Source: Candidatus Dadabacteria bacterium (GTDB taxonomy: Bacteria > Desulfobacterota_D > UBA1144 > Nemesobacterales > Nemesobacteraceae). From it: 64,000 nucleotides of DNA. Positions 38,621-48,096 of the stretch are shown here, piece after piece; the stretch's first letter is position 1, and every line of letters begins with the position of its first letter. The notes under the pieces were generated by a model. That model was not told where the DNA came from, ran no database searches, and saw nothing but the letters and a program-made list of their open reading frames with translations. A program made the translations under genes and the position numbers. The stretch is from contig CATOTB010000002.1 in NCBI GenBank assembly GCA_951812945.1, positions 27,238 to 91,237 on the forward strand. Direction: 5' to 3'.

Positions 38621-41600
38621 TTATATGGAGACAAGCTCCACCTGCGGGATAAGGACTATGTGGCGCGAGAGCAGCGGCTTTTCGAACCTTGAGCGTATGG
38701 CATCGCAGTAACCGTCCATCTGCTCTTCGTAAGCCTCACGGGCGTCGTCATTCATCGATTTTCTGTACTTGTAGTCAAAAAGACGCATTCCCCCTTCCTC
38801 TTCGGTCAGAAGATCTATCCTGCCCCTTTTTGAAGCGCCCTCTCCGGGGTGAAAGACAAATTTAAGCTCCCTTCTGACTTCTCCGGCCGCACGAATAAGG
38901 GGAAGAAGCTCGGAAGAAAGAAAATTCGAGGAAAGTTCATGCAGCAGATCCTTCATGTTCGGGTTTGAGACGAGGAATTCCCTCAGGACGAATTCAATTT
39001 CTTTCTCGACGGTTTCCTCCCTGAAATCCCAGAGCTCAAGGAACCTGTGCATTATGCTTCCCGCCCTCTCCGGATCCTTTAGGCGGTCGGTCGGTGAAAA
39101 CAGGTCCGGGAGCGGAGAGGCCTCCGCCCGTTTCGGCACATCCTCCTTGCCGTATACGGGTTCCACGTACTTAAGGTCCAAAGGAATTTCCGATTCCAAA
39201 GAAGGGGCATCTGAAATAGAGGCAGATTCCTTTGAAGCTTCGTCCTCATAGAGCCCCGGGAAGGAAATCCCCCAGGGTTCGTCGGTAAATCCCTGGGGCA
39301 TCTCAAGACATCGTGAAGACAAAGACAGCCTTGAATCGGCAAGTTCCGCGAAGCTGCCCCTTCGCACCTGCATCTGCTTTTTCCTGGCCATCCTGCTGCC
39401 GCTTAAGCATATGAAAAGTTCTTTCTTGGCCCGTGTCATGGCCACATAGAGGGCTCTTTTCTCCTCTTCGGCTTCTTTTGCCTCAGCGCGGGATTTAAGA
39501 TGCTGCCAGTTATCCGATGAGAACGCCGGGTACCTGACTATGAATCCTCCTCCTTCGGTATCCGCCATAACCCTCTCAGACGTAACTACCCTCTGGTAGT
39601 TCGTATGGCAGAGAAAAACCGTGTCAAACTCAAGCCCTTTGGCCTTATGCACCGTCATGAGTTTCACGGTCCCGCCGTCGTCTACTTCCTCAAACGCCCG
39701 TTCTTCCTGCGAACCGCGTAGCGAATCAAAATGCTCCACTATCTGGTAAAGCCCGTATCCTTGCCCCGAAACAAGGTCTTCCGCCATAAGAAGAAGTTTC
39801 TTCAGGTTGAGATGCTTTATCTCGCCGCCGGGAAGCGACCGCGCCGCGGAAGAGTAACCAAGTCCGGTTACAGCGAGATCAACCGCCCCGAAAGCATCTC
39901 CGTTGACGCATTCCTTTCTTTTCTCCCCGAGAAACCGCAGGTATTCCCGGGCTCTTGCGGCGTTTTTGTCTTCATTATCGCCGCGGAAATGGAAGAAAAG
40001 CTCGTCATCAGAAGCCCCGAAGTAGGGAGACCTCAGCACCGCCGCCTCCGCGATGACGTCAAGGGGGTCGAGAAAATACCTGAGCATGGACATAACGTCC
40101 ATCACTTCGGGAAGGTCGTAGAAATCGCGTCCTATAAGAGACTGAAATCTTATTCCCTCCTCCGTCAGGATATTCTCGTATATGACCACGTTTGAAGACC
40201 GTCTGAACAGAAGGGCGATCTCTCCTCGGGAATTCCTCTGGAGTTCCTTTATCCTCAAGGCCACGGCCCTTGCCTCCGCTTCGGCAGACTCCTTGGCGTT
40301 TTCGCCTTCGCAAGCGATGATTCCCACGGAAGTACCGGGGGCGGGGTCGGAAGAGTGTGCCTGCATCGTCTCGTAATATTCCTTGGAGAAAGTCCCGGCG
40401 AAAAAGATATTGAAAAACTCTATCAGGCTCCTGCGGGAGCGGTAATTGGTTGCAAAGGATATCTTCTCGAAATTCTCATCTTCAAGTATGTCCCCGAACA
40501 TCTCGGGCTGAGCGCCTCTGAAACCGTAAACTGACTGGTTGACATCGCCCACCACGATAAGATTGCCGGTCGGGTCTCCTTCCGTCAGAAGTCCCAGAAG
40601 TGCCAGCTGAAGAGAGTCGGTATCCTGGAACTCATCAACTATAATAAACTTTAAAAAGCTTCTGTAATACGCCAGTATTTCTGGATTTTCCGTGAGGAGA
40701 TCGATTGTGAAGCGTATCATGTCCTCATACTCTATTTTCTCCTCGGAGATTTTCGTCTCCACGAGAAAATCATACGCCTCGCCCGATAAATTAAGGTAAA
40801 GAGAATTGATCTCAGAATCATAAAGCTCCACTACAGAAAACAACTGCCTTAGAAGCGCCTGCCTCGATGTCTCGACTTCGGGCGTTTGGCTCTCCCTTCT
40901 TATCTGTTCGTAAACGGCCTGCAGGTGGCGGACGTTGCGGTCAATGCCCAGGGTCATGTCTATTTTTGCGCCGAGATCGCTAAGGATGAGTTTTTTCTTC
41001 CTAGACCTGGCGGAAAGGGTGGAGACATGCTCCCCGATCAACCGACGAAGCTCCCCGCCGATTGATTCAAGCTCATCGACGGAAGGTTCCTCGCGGCGCG
41101 TATTGCCTCCGTAATGGAGAAAAGGTGGAACCAAGTGCAGTTTTGCCGCTTCTTTCAGTATCATTCCTATTATCTTTACGATCTCTGCGTAATCATAAGA
41201 TTCCATCTCAAGCAGTCTCCCGAGGCGGGGATCGCCCTCTTCCATTCTCGTCCGAAGAAATTTCCCGATATTGCGTTCGTAAAAGGCCTGTTGCTCCGAA
41301 TCTTCAATCACGGAAAAACTGAATGGGAGCTTGGAATCGAAGATGTTCTCTTTAAGTATTTTCGTACAGAAGCCGTGAATAGTTCCTATGGGGGCGGAAA
41401 AGAACTTCCTGCGCCACCCCTCGGCTATGTTTCCCTCGGGTCCGTAGGTGGAGATATATTTTGTGATTTCAGAGCTTATTCTGGATTTGAGTTCCGCCGC
41501 GGCGGCTTCCGTAAAGGTGACGGCCACGATCTGGGGAATATCCGCTTCGCCGGCCTCGAGAATACGAAGATACCTGGCTATTATGGCCCTGGTCTTTCCC

Positions 41601-41695
41601 GACCCCGCTCCCGCCCTGACGGCGACTTTGCCCGTGGAGGGCAGTATCCGGGACTGCTCTTCGTTTAGCTCCAGAAATTTGGAAATTCTGTCCAT
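38621..41695 (-). CDS. addA: AddA-type helicase-nuclease (UvrD-like SF1 helicase with C-terminal RecB-family nuclease)
   Basis: GAGSGKT, VDEFQDTD, GDVNQSVYGFRGA, TVHKAKGLEFD and YVAMTRAK. C-terminal GRIDLL...LFDYKY nuclease motif. Confidence 0.8.
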   Translation of the reverse strand: MDRISKFLELNEEQSRILPSTGKVAVRAGAGSGKTRAIIARYLRILEAGEADIPQIVAVTFTEAAAAELKSRISSEITKYISTYGPEGNIAEGWRRKFFSAPIGTIHGFCTKILKENIFDSKLPFSFSVIEDSEQQAFYERNIGKFLRTRMEEGDPRLGRLLEMESYDYAEIVKIIGMILKEAAKLHLVPPFLHYGGNTRREEPSVDELESIGGELRRLIGEHVSTLSARSRKKKLILSDLGAKIDMTLGIDRNVRHLQAVYEQIRRESQTPEVETSRQALLRQLFSVVELYDSEINSLYLNLSGEAYDFLVETKISEEKIEYEDMIRFTIDLLTENPEILAYYRSFLKFIIVDEFQDTDSLQLALLGLLTEGDPTGNLIVVGDVNQSVYGFRGAQPEMFGDILEDENFEKISFATNYRSRRSLIEFFNIFFAGTFSKEYYETMQAHSSDPAPGTSVGIIACEGENAKESAEAEARAVALRIKELQRNSRGEIALLFRRSSNVVIYENILTEEGIRFQSLIGRDFYDLPEVMDVMSMLRYFLDPLDVIAEAAVLRSPYFGASDDELFFHFRGDNEDKNAARAREYLRFLGEKRKECVNGDAFGAVDLAVTGLGYSSAARSLPGGEIKHLNLKKLLLMAEDLVSGQGYGLYQIVEHFDSLRGSQEERAFEEVDDGGTVKLMTVHKAKGLEFDTVFLCHTNYQRVVTSERVMADTEGGGFIVRYPAFSSDNWQHLKSRAEAKEAEEEKRALYVAMTRAKKELFICLSGSRMARKKQMQVRRGSFAELADSRLSLSSRCLEMPQGFTDEPWGISFPGLYEDEASKESASISDAPSLESEIPLDLKYVEPVYGKEDVPKRAEASPLPDLFSPTDRLKDPERAGSIMHRFLELWDFREETVEKEIEFVLREFLVSNPNMKDLLHELSSNFLSSELLPLIRAAGEVRRELKFVFHPGEGASKRGRIDLLTEEEGGMRLFDYKYRKSMNDDAREAYEEQMDGYCDAIRSRFEKPLLSRHIVLIPQVELVSI

Positions 41696-41704
41696 AGTCT
41701 CTTC

Positions 41705-44692
41705 TTACAGGCGACCGGTCTTCCTGGTCACCCCGTCTTTAACCCTGCAAAGATCCCTGTAATCGCAGTAGGAACAGGGACGGCCCTTTGACATGTAGAG
41801 AGCATGTTCCTCCTGGTCCGGCTCCTTTTTCCCCACGTAGGGAGGGAAAAAACCATTTCTTATGCCCTTTATGTAGTAGTGGCTGAGCAAAACCGCCTCA
41901 TCAAAAGAGGAGTCCTCGGGCAAAGAGTTGTTGTCCGCGGGCCTGCTGATTGAAAGATAGCGGCCCCAGGAGGGAACAAACCCCTCCTCGCACAGGGCTC
42001 TCAGGTAAAGCGGGAGCTGCAGATTTTTAAAATCAGAATATTTTCTGTCCTTCACCCTTCCGATCTTGTAATCAATAACCGCGACGTTCTGCTCGTGGAC
42101 GTCGACCCTGTCTACCTTCCCTCTTATTACCGCGTCGGCCATGCGAAACTCCACTTCTTTCTCAAAAAACCGGGGAGCATGTTCATCCTTTTCGATCCTT
42201 AAAACCTCGTCCATGATAAAATTCGGCAGGAAGCGGTCAAAGAACCTCTTCTTCTCAATTTCCGCAACGCTTTTCGGAAGATGGGAAAAAGCGCCGGACC
42301 TGGCTTCGTATTTCTCTTTTACCTCCTCATAAGCATCAAGAAGTCGGCTGGTCCCGACAGGACCGGAGCCCCCGGCAAAAACAGTTTCCATCAGCTCTTT
42401 TAGCATATTGTGAGCGAGCGAACCCAGGTCAAGCTGGGAAGCCCTTTGCTCATCGATATCCCCAAGCGCCCTGAGCTCGAGCACTCTCTTGGAAAAATAC
42501 ATGAACGGGCATGTCCCATAGTCCTCAAGCTCTGTGGGCGAGAAGGCGTCCCGTTTCGGAGAGGCGCTGAGGAGAACTCCCTCAAAGCCCGTATAGGCCC
42601 CTGCGAGCGCGAGCCTCTGCCTTTCCGCGGAAATACCGCCGGAGAGATGAGCGACTATGTCGGAGCCATATTGCCGCTTCAGAACCTCGGCAATCTTCGG
42701 ATCGCCGTACTCTGCCCCCGAGGGTGAAAGGCAGTGAAAAAGAGCATCTTCCCCTGAAAAAACCTCCCCTAGTTCCGGAAAGTCCCCGGAACTCCTCTTC
42801 ACGGCAGAAACCCCCATTTCCCCAAGAAAGTCTGAGCGGTTCACATCCCTTGATTTCTGGTCGTAGCGGAAGCAGGAAAAAAATACTTTCTCGGAAGCCG
42901 CGGCACTAAGGGTAGAGAAAAGATGCTTTTCCTTCTCGTAATGAAGACCTTCCTCGTCAAACACCCTTTTTCCAAGTGCCCGGTTTATTTCCGCCTTCTC
43001 CCTGGGTTTGAGCACGGGGTCCACGGGAAAAGCGGAAGGAAAAAAAGTATCCGAAAGACCTATCAGAAAAAGAAACTTCGGGTTTATCCCGCGGGCCGAG
43101 GAGAAATCGGTAACGCTCACCCTTTTCGAATCGCCGTCGCAGGGAGTTTTATAGGGAACCGTTCTCTCTCCCATGAACTCATCCAGAAGAAAAAGATACT
43201 CCCCGGGGTCTGAAACCCGGAAATCAAACTCTCCGTAAGAAAAGGAAATCTCCCTCAGAAAAGAGAAAAACTCATCGAAACACTCCCTGGTGGTCTGATT
43301 TCTCTCCATAAGCAGCGCCGAGTTCTCGGAAACCCTGAGTTTTGAAAAAATCTTCCTGAGATCAGAGGTCATCTCGGCGAAACTCCTTCTGCCGAACTTT
43401 GACGATACCGAATCAAGCGCCAGCCCTATATCATGGGCGACTGCGGAGAGCCGGGAGTCCCGCTCCACTATGTGTTCAAGAATTCTCTTCCATCCCGGAA
43501 TGCCGCTTACGGTTCTGTATTTCAGGTTCGCGGAGGAAATCTCCTTTATCATGTTAACGCAACGGTGCGAGGATTCGGACTCTCCCAGGTAGAGAGAAAA
43601 AAGCGGGTTGTGAAGAAGCCCTATCAGGTCGTTCCTGTGAAAATTGCCTGACTTGAGGCGGAGAATATCACCCGCAAGGCGCCCGTATACGCTCCCGGCC
43701 AAGGTTCCTGAGTTTCTCATGTCAACGGCAACTCCGTTTTTCTCGAATATATGAACCATGGATCGGTCGCGTTTCTGCGCCGACCTCAAAAGAACCTTAA
43801 AATCAGAGGCTTTCCGCTCCTCATCCAGGATGAGCTTTTTGATCGTCCTTGAGACATATTCAATTTCGTCGTGAGAGTCGCGAAACTCACTGAACTTGCT
43901 TTGCGTCTTGGCTTCGGGAACTTCGTCTGTCATTGCGAAATCTTCTTCATAGGCCATGGAAGCTTCGCGAAGTCGGTCCAGAAAGCAGTTTCTGTATTCA
44001 TCCAGATCGCCGAAATCGCTTAGGAAAAAGAAGGCCTCAGAAACCGCCGAGGAAAGGCTTTTTATCACATCAAGCTCGCAGAGCGTAAAATCGGAGAACC
44101 CGAAGATAACAAGCTTCTTCGCAGACGGGAAAAACGGGGCAAGCCCTTCCCTATCCAGTTCCCCTGAAACGACACGGACGGAATCCGCGTCATCAAGAAA
44201 CCCTCTTTCCGCCACAAGCACCTCGTATCTTCCGTAAACATGTCCTATGTCAGAGAGTTTCCTGCGAAAATCGCGCGCCTTGATTCTCTTGGAGCACCCG
44301 ACAAATTCCTCCACGGATACCTTGCTTTGCTTAAGTTTTGAAACAATGGAAGCCGCGGCGTTAAGAAAATCCCGGTTCTGCGAGAATTCCCCAAAGACCT
44401 TAAGTCTCTCCGAGACCGACTCTGCCGCTTTTCTGGTTACCGACAAGGCCTGGGTCCTTGATATCCTTTTCTTTTTCAGGTTCGGGGATGCCTCGTTTAC
44501 AAAATCCGAGAGTTCATTGAACGTGAGCAGGTTTTTTCCCCATACCCCTGCGCCAGAGTAGTAATCTTCTATTTCCTGTACAACCGATACCCCGGGAAGA
44601 AGAAAAAGGGTCGTCTCGTCGCTTGGGGTAAGCCCGTGTTTTTTGAAAAGATTGCTGAAAGTAAGCTCTTTGGCGTGATAAATTAGCTTCAT
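41705..44692 (-). CDS. addB: AddB-type nuclease subunit (degenerate helicase-like N-domain, PD-(D/E)xK nuclease with Fe-S Cys cluster)
   Basis: CPFMYF ... GKVDRVD...IDYKIG ... CSYCDYRDLC (4-Cys cluster flanking the nuclease). No N-terminal Walker A seen. Lies immediately upstream of addA in the same operon. Confidence 0.75.
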   Translation of the reverse strand: MKLIYHAKELTFSNLFKKHGLTPSDETTLFLLPGVSVVQEIEDYYSGAGVWGKNLLTFNELSDFVNEASPNLKKKRISRTQALSVTRKAAESVSERLKVFGEFSQNRDFLNAAASIVSKLKQSKVSVEEFVGCSKRIKARDFRRKLSDIGHVYGRYEVLVAERGFLDDADSVRVVSGELDREGLAPFFPSAKKLVIFGFSDFTLCELDVIKSLSSAVSEAFFFLSDFGDLDEYRNCFLDRLREASMAYEEDFAMTDEVPEAKTQSKFSEFRDSHDEIEYVSRTIKKLILDEERKASDFKVLLRSAQKRDRSMVHIFEKNGVAVDMRNSGTLAGSVYGRLAGDILRLKSGNFHRNDLIGLLHNPLFSLYLGESESSHRCVNMIKEISSANLKYRTVSGIPGWKRILEHIVERDSRLSAVAHDIGLALDSVSSKFGRRSFAEMTSDLRKIFSKLRVSENSALLMERNQTTRECFDEFFSFLREISFSYGEFDFRVSDPGEYLFLLDEFMGERTVPYKTPCDGDSKRVSVTDFSSARGINPKFLFLIGLSDTFFPSAFPVDPVLKPREKAEINRALGKRVFDEEGLHYEKEKHLFSTLSAAASEKVFFSCFRYDQKSRDVNRSDFLGEMGVSAVKRSSGDFPELGEVFSGEDALFHCLSPSGAEYGDPKIAEVLKRQYGSDIVAHLSGGISAERQRLALAGAYTGFEGVLLSASPKRDAFSPTELEDYGTCPFMYFSKRVLELRALGDIDEQRASQLDLGSLAHNMLKELMETVFAGGSGPVGTSRLLDAYEEVKEKYEARSGAFSHLPKSVAEIEKKRFFDRFLPNFIMDEVLRIEKDEHAPRFFEKEVEFRMADAVIRGKVDRVDVHEQNVAVIDYKIGRVKDRKYSDFKNLQLPLYLRALCEEGFVPSWGRYLSISRPADNNSLPEDSSFDEAVLLSHYYIKGIRNGFFPPYVGKKEPDQEEHALYMSKGRPCSYCDYRDLCRVKDGVTRKTGRL

Positions 44693-44866
44693 CTAGCAAA
44701 GAAATGCCGGAGATTTCAAGAAAGGACGATTCTTAACCCATGACTAAAAACTCTAAAAAAGGACGGAACTCCTTGGATAAATTATATCCAACCGTAAAAA
44801 GAAGGAGAAATAAATGGTCTTCCTAAGCAATTCGAGGAAGAAGCAGTAAACCCAACGATATTATTC

Positions 44867-45160
44867 TCACCGCAATTCAAACTTCAAGGAGCGTCCTAAA
44901 ACCCGTGCTGCCCGTGACAAAACACCCAGAGTCACTCTATCATTCTCCGGGTCAAGAAGCCGGTCGAGTTGCGAGCGACTTGTTTTAAGCCGCCTGGCCA
45001 TTTCCACCTTCGTGATCTTCTGTTCCTTCATAACCTGTGCAATCTGGAATGCCAGAACTCGCTTCACCGCCCGTTCGGTCGTCTCTTCATAGGTTCCTTG
45101 TTCTTTAAGAAAATCCTCAAACAGGGAGCCAACTTTTCCTTTTTCAACTTTTTCAGTCAT
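44867..45160 (-). CDS. XRE-family HTH antitoxin (HigA-like)
   Basis: HTH block ITKVEMARRLKTSRSQLDRLL. 4-nt overlap (ATGA) with the upstream toxin gene. Confidence 0.75.
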   Translation of the reverse strand: MTEKVEKGKVGSLFEDFLKEQGTYEETTERAVKRVLAFQIAQVMKEQKITKVEMARRLKTSRSQLDRLLDPENDRVTLGVLSRAARVLGRSLKFELR

Positions 45161-45507
45161 TTCAGACCACTCATTCTCCTCCGCGCAAGATCGAGTTCTT
45201 CAGTAGGTGTTTTTTGCGTTTTCTTAATGAATCCATGCAAAAGCACCATTGCTCCTTCATGTACACAGAAAAACACGCGAGCAATGCGACCGCCCGGCAA
45301 GTTCGTCCTGATTTCCCATAACCCCTTGTGGCTTTTTATTGAACGACATAGCGGCATTCCTATCGGCCACCCAAACTCGGCCGTGCGTATGTCGTCACCG
45401 ATTACCTTGCGATCTTCGGAACTCAGAGACAAAAGCCACTCACGAACAGGCACCCTCCCTCTGTTAGACTCAAAGAATCTTGCCGGAAGTCGTTTCTTGT
45501 CTGTCAT
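45157..45507 (-). CDS. RelE/ParE-superfamily toxin (Gp49/HigB-like)
   Basis: Pattern ...RFFESNRGRVPVREWL...WEIR...ARVFFCV...LLHGFIKKTQKTP typical of Gp49-like toxins. ATG at 45507. The ORF-track TTG at 45540 coincides with the -35 box. Confidence 0.7.
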   Translation of the reverse strand: MTDKKRLPARFFESNRGRVPVREWLLSLSSEDRKVIGDDIRTAEFGWPIGMPLCRSIKSHKGLWEIRTNLPGGRIARVFFCVHEGAMVLLHGFIKKTQKTPTEELDLARRRMSGLK

Positions 45508-45512
45508 TTGAC

Positions 45513-45540
45513 ATTGTACCAAATAAAGTACATCTTGCAA
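45513..45540 (-). promoter_or_regulatory. Promoter TTGCAA-16-(TGG)TACAAT of the toxin-antitoxin operon, probably giving a leaderless mRNA
   Basis: Minus strand: TTGCAA 45535-45540, extended -10 TGGTACAAT ending at 45513. The ATG begins 6 nt downstream. GTAC-N9-GTAC sits in the spacer. Confidence 0.45.
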
Positions 45541-45663
45541 GTATATTTTAGCAGGTAACGAGCACTATCCAGATTCGTTCTATGCATATAAAACAAGTCA
45601 GACCGAACTCAATTAGCTGGTCACAAATAGCAATTAAATTTTTGAAAAATAAAGAGTCTCTAC

Positions 45664-45915
45664 CTATTTGTCTTTCAAATAATCCAAGATTGCCCTATTC
45701 TTAGTTATAGTTTCTGCAATAGTAGCCTCAACTTCGTCGGGATCAGCAAGTTTAAAGTTGATTTTATGCACGGCGGACGCGGGCACAAAATAGCCCTCCA
45801 GCTTGTTATCATCACTCAAGATAGCCACCGGTTTATCGCCGACTTTTTTGATCATCTTTTCTGGATCTTTAAGCTCGCTCAATAAAACGGTTTTATCGGT
45901 CAATAAGTTTTTCAT
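45664..45915 (-). CDS. Phd/YefM-family antitoxin-like protein (no cognate toxin adjacent)
   Basis: 83 aa. The N-terminal pattern ...TVLLSELKD...KPVAILSDDNKLEGYFVP resembles Phd/YefM/StbD antitoxins. Confidence 0.55.
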   Translation of the reverse strand: MKNLLTDKTVLLSELKDPEKMIKKVGDKPVAILSDDNKLEGYFVPASAVHKINFKLADPDEVEATIAETITKNRAILDYLKDK

Positions 45916-46149
45916 GGCATTATGTCCTATCTTTCAACCACAAGGTAACCACCCGCTATCGGACGGCTCACGGCTTGGCCCCGAAACGTCCGGCAAGCAG
46001 GTATCGATACAGTTTCAGCGCAAGCTACCCCTCGTGCGCCTCCAGCCAGCGGAGGGCGTCCGGGTTCAGTATCACCGTCTCGCAGGGTTCCTCCGCGCTC
46101 GCCAAGACCGCTTTCTCGTCCGAGCTGTTTATCGGCATGCGACTCCAAA

Positions 46150-46581
46150 TTATTTAACTTCCGAGATTCCCTGAAGAATATGGATCTTCTTCGCTTTCAT
46201 AATGTTCTTGCGCTTACTGAGAAAATACCTTTTATGCTTGCTGTAGCGGCCCCAGATTCTTACTCTGCTTCCGTTCTCAATACCTTCCACGAACCCTCTG
46301 GCATAAACGCTTATTCTTTTTTCCGGATCATCCTCGAAGAACTTAAATAGGGTGAACTTCCTTCCGTTTGCCGTTCTCTTAAGCCGCAGTTCACCCACCT
46401 GTCCGTCAAGGGTGAATATTTTCCTGTCAAATTCATCGCGGGAGGAAAGAACCTGCGAAATGGTTACGGTCGGCGGTTCAAGTTCTCCGATGTCGGTATA
46501 GGTCTTGTAACCCTCTTCCTCTCCGTAAGAAGAAACCGGAAACACCAAAAAAAGCAGAAAAACTAAAAGAAAATTTCTCAT
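46150..46581 (-). CDS. Hypothetical secreted protein
   Basis: Signal peptide MRNFLLVFLLFLVFPVSSYG followed by a basic C-terminal half. No recognisable family. Confidence 0.5.
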   Translation of the reverse strand: MRNFLLVFLLFLVFPVSSYGEEEGYKTYTDIGELEPPTVTISQVLSSRDEFDRKIFTLDGQVGELRLKRTANGRKFTLFKFFEDDPEKRISVYARGFVEGIENGSRVRIWGRYSKHKRYFLSKRKNIMKAKKIHILQGISEVK

Positions 46582-46593
46582 TCGCCCAGTCCG

Positions 46594-46632
46594 AAAAAAC
46601 CACCGCTTAACAAACCACCGACTTTCGGGTGG
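46594..46632 (-). terminator. Candidate intrinsic terminator downstream of fumC
   Basis: Minus strand: CCACCCGAAAGTCGGTGG followed by TTTGTT, then an alternative GGTGG followed by TTTTTT. Confidence 0.45.
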
Positions 46633-46638
46633 AAATCC

Positions 46639-48027
46639 CTATGAAGCCGGTTTTGTCATTGACAGCGGATCAAGAACCCTGTCAAGCTCCTCATCAGAAA
46701 GCACTCCTTTCTCTCTGGCAACCTCTCTCACGGTCCTTCCGGAAGCGTAAGCCTCCTTGGCAATCGCGGCCGCATTGTCATAACCTATGATCGGCGCGAG
46801 GCTCGTGCACATGGCGAGACTCTGTTCGATGATCTCCCCGCAGCGCTCCTCATCCGCTTCTATTTCCGAGATGCACTTGTCGACAAACACGGTGCAGACC
46901 CTCGATAAAAGCCTTATAGACTGAAGAAGATTGTCGGCCATCATCGGCATCATCACGTTAAGCTCAAAATTCCCCGCCTGCCCTCCGATCGTTATGGCCG
47001 CGTCGTTCCCGATCACCTGGGCCGCAACCTGGGTAACCGACTCCCCGATCACGGGGTTAACCTTCCCCGGCATAATCGACGAACCCGGCTGTATCGCAGG
47101 CAGAAGAATCTCTCCGAAGCCGCAGCGCGGGCCGCTTCCAAGCCAGCGTATGTCGTTTGCTATCTTCATCAGGCTCACGGAGACCGTCTTGAGCGCTCCG
47201 CTTGTCTGAACGACTGCGTCCTTTGATGCCTGGGCCTCAAAATGGTTTTTCGCCTCCCTGAATTTCACTCCGGTAGCTTCGCTTATCCTTGTGGCAACCT
47301 TCTTTCCGAAACTCTTATGGGTGTTTATGCCGGTGCCGACCGCAGTCCCGCCTATGGCAAGTTCCGAAAGATCGTTTCTTACTCCCTTTAACCTTGAGAT
47401 TCCGTGGTCAACCATGCTCGCGTATCCGCTGAACTCCTGGCCAAGCCGTATCGGGGTGGCGTCCATAAGGTGGGTGCGTCCTATCTTGACTATGTGGTCA
47501 AACTGCTTTGCCTTTTTCGAGAGAGCGTCGCGCAGATACTCAAGCGACGGTATAAGGTCTTTTTCGATTGCCTCAAGAGAAGATACATGCATGGCCGTGG
47601 GGATTACGTCGTTGCTTGACTGACCCATGTTAACGTGGTCGTTCGGATGCACGGAGGTCTTGCCCCTGAGCATTTCGGCCGCCCTGTTTGCTATCACCTC
47701 GTTTGTGTTCATGTTGGTCGAGGTGCCCGAACCAGTCTGGAAGACATCAACCACGAAATGATCGTCGAGCTTTCCGTCGACAACCTCCTGCGCGGCCCGC
47801 GCTATGGCCCGCGCGGTATTTTTCTTCAAGAATCCGAGTTCCGCGTTTGTCTGCGCCGCCGCGAGTTTCACAAGGCCCATCGCCCTTATGAATTCCCTTG
47901 GAAGAGTGCGTCCGCTTACGGGGAAATTCTCAACCGCTCTTGCCGTCTGCGCCCCGTAATAAGCGTCTGTGGGAACTTTCATCTTTCCCATAGAATCAGA
48001 TTCCACTCTGTATTTCGTCTTAGCCAT
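46639..48027 (-). CDS. fumC: Class II fumarate hydratase (fumarase/aspartase family)
   Basis: GSSIMPGKVNP signature. QTGSGTSTNMNTNEV is fumarase-like rather than aspartase-like. 462 aa. Confidence 0.75.
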   Translation of the reverse strand: MAKTKYRVESDSMGKMKVPTDAYYGAQTARAVENFPVSGRTLPREFIRAMGLVKLAAAQTNAELGFLKKNTARAIARAAQEVVDGKLDDHFVVDVFQTGSGTSTNMNTNEVIANRAAEMLRGKTSVHPNDHVNMGQSSNDVIPTAMHVSSLEAIEKDLIPSLEYLRDALSKKAKQFDHIVKIGRTHLMDATPIRLGQEFSGYASMVDHGISRLKGVRNDLSELAIGGTAVGTGINTHKSFGKKVATRISEATGVKFREAKNHFEAQASKDAVVQTSGALKTVSVSLMKIANDIRWLGSGPRCGFGEILLPAIQPGSSIMPGKVNPVIGESVTQVAAQVIGNDAAITIGGQAGNFELNVMMPMMADNLLQSIRLLSRVCTVFVDKCISEIEADEERCGEIIEQSLAMCTSLAPIIGYDNAAAIAKEAYASGRTVREVAREKGVLSDEELDRVLDPLSMTKPAS

Positions 48028-48096
48028 TTAAGGTTTCCTCCAGATAATTGTCAATGTTCAGTCAAGGGGTTTATTATGCCACAAACAAAACCGGTT

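Noticed and set aside
45927-46148. 73-aa minus-strand ORF from the ORF track in the GC-rich patch.
   Set aside because: It is an Arg/Gly-rich low-complexity translation without an SD. A different frame shows the more protein-like, but interrupted, reading reported under findings.
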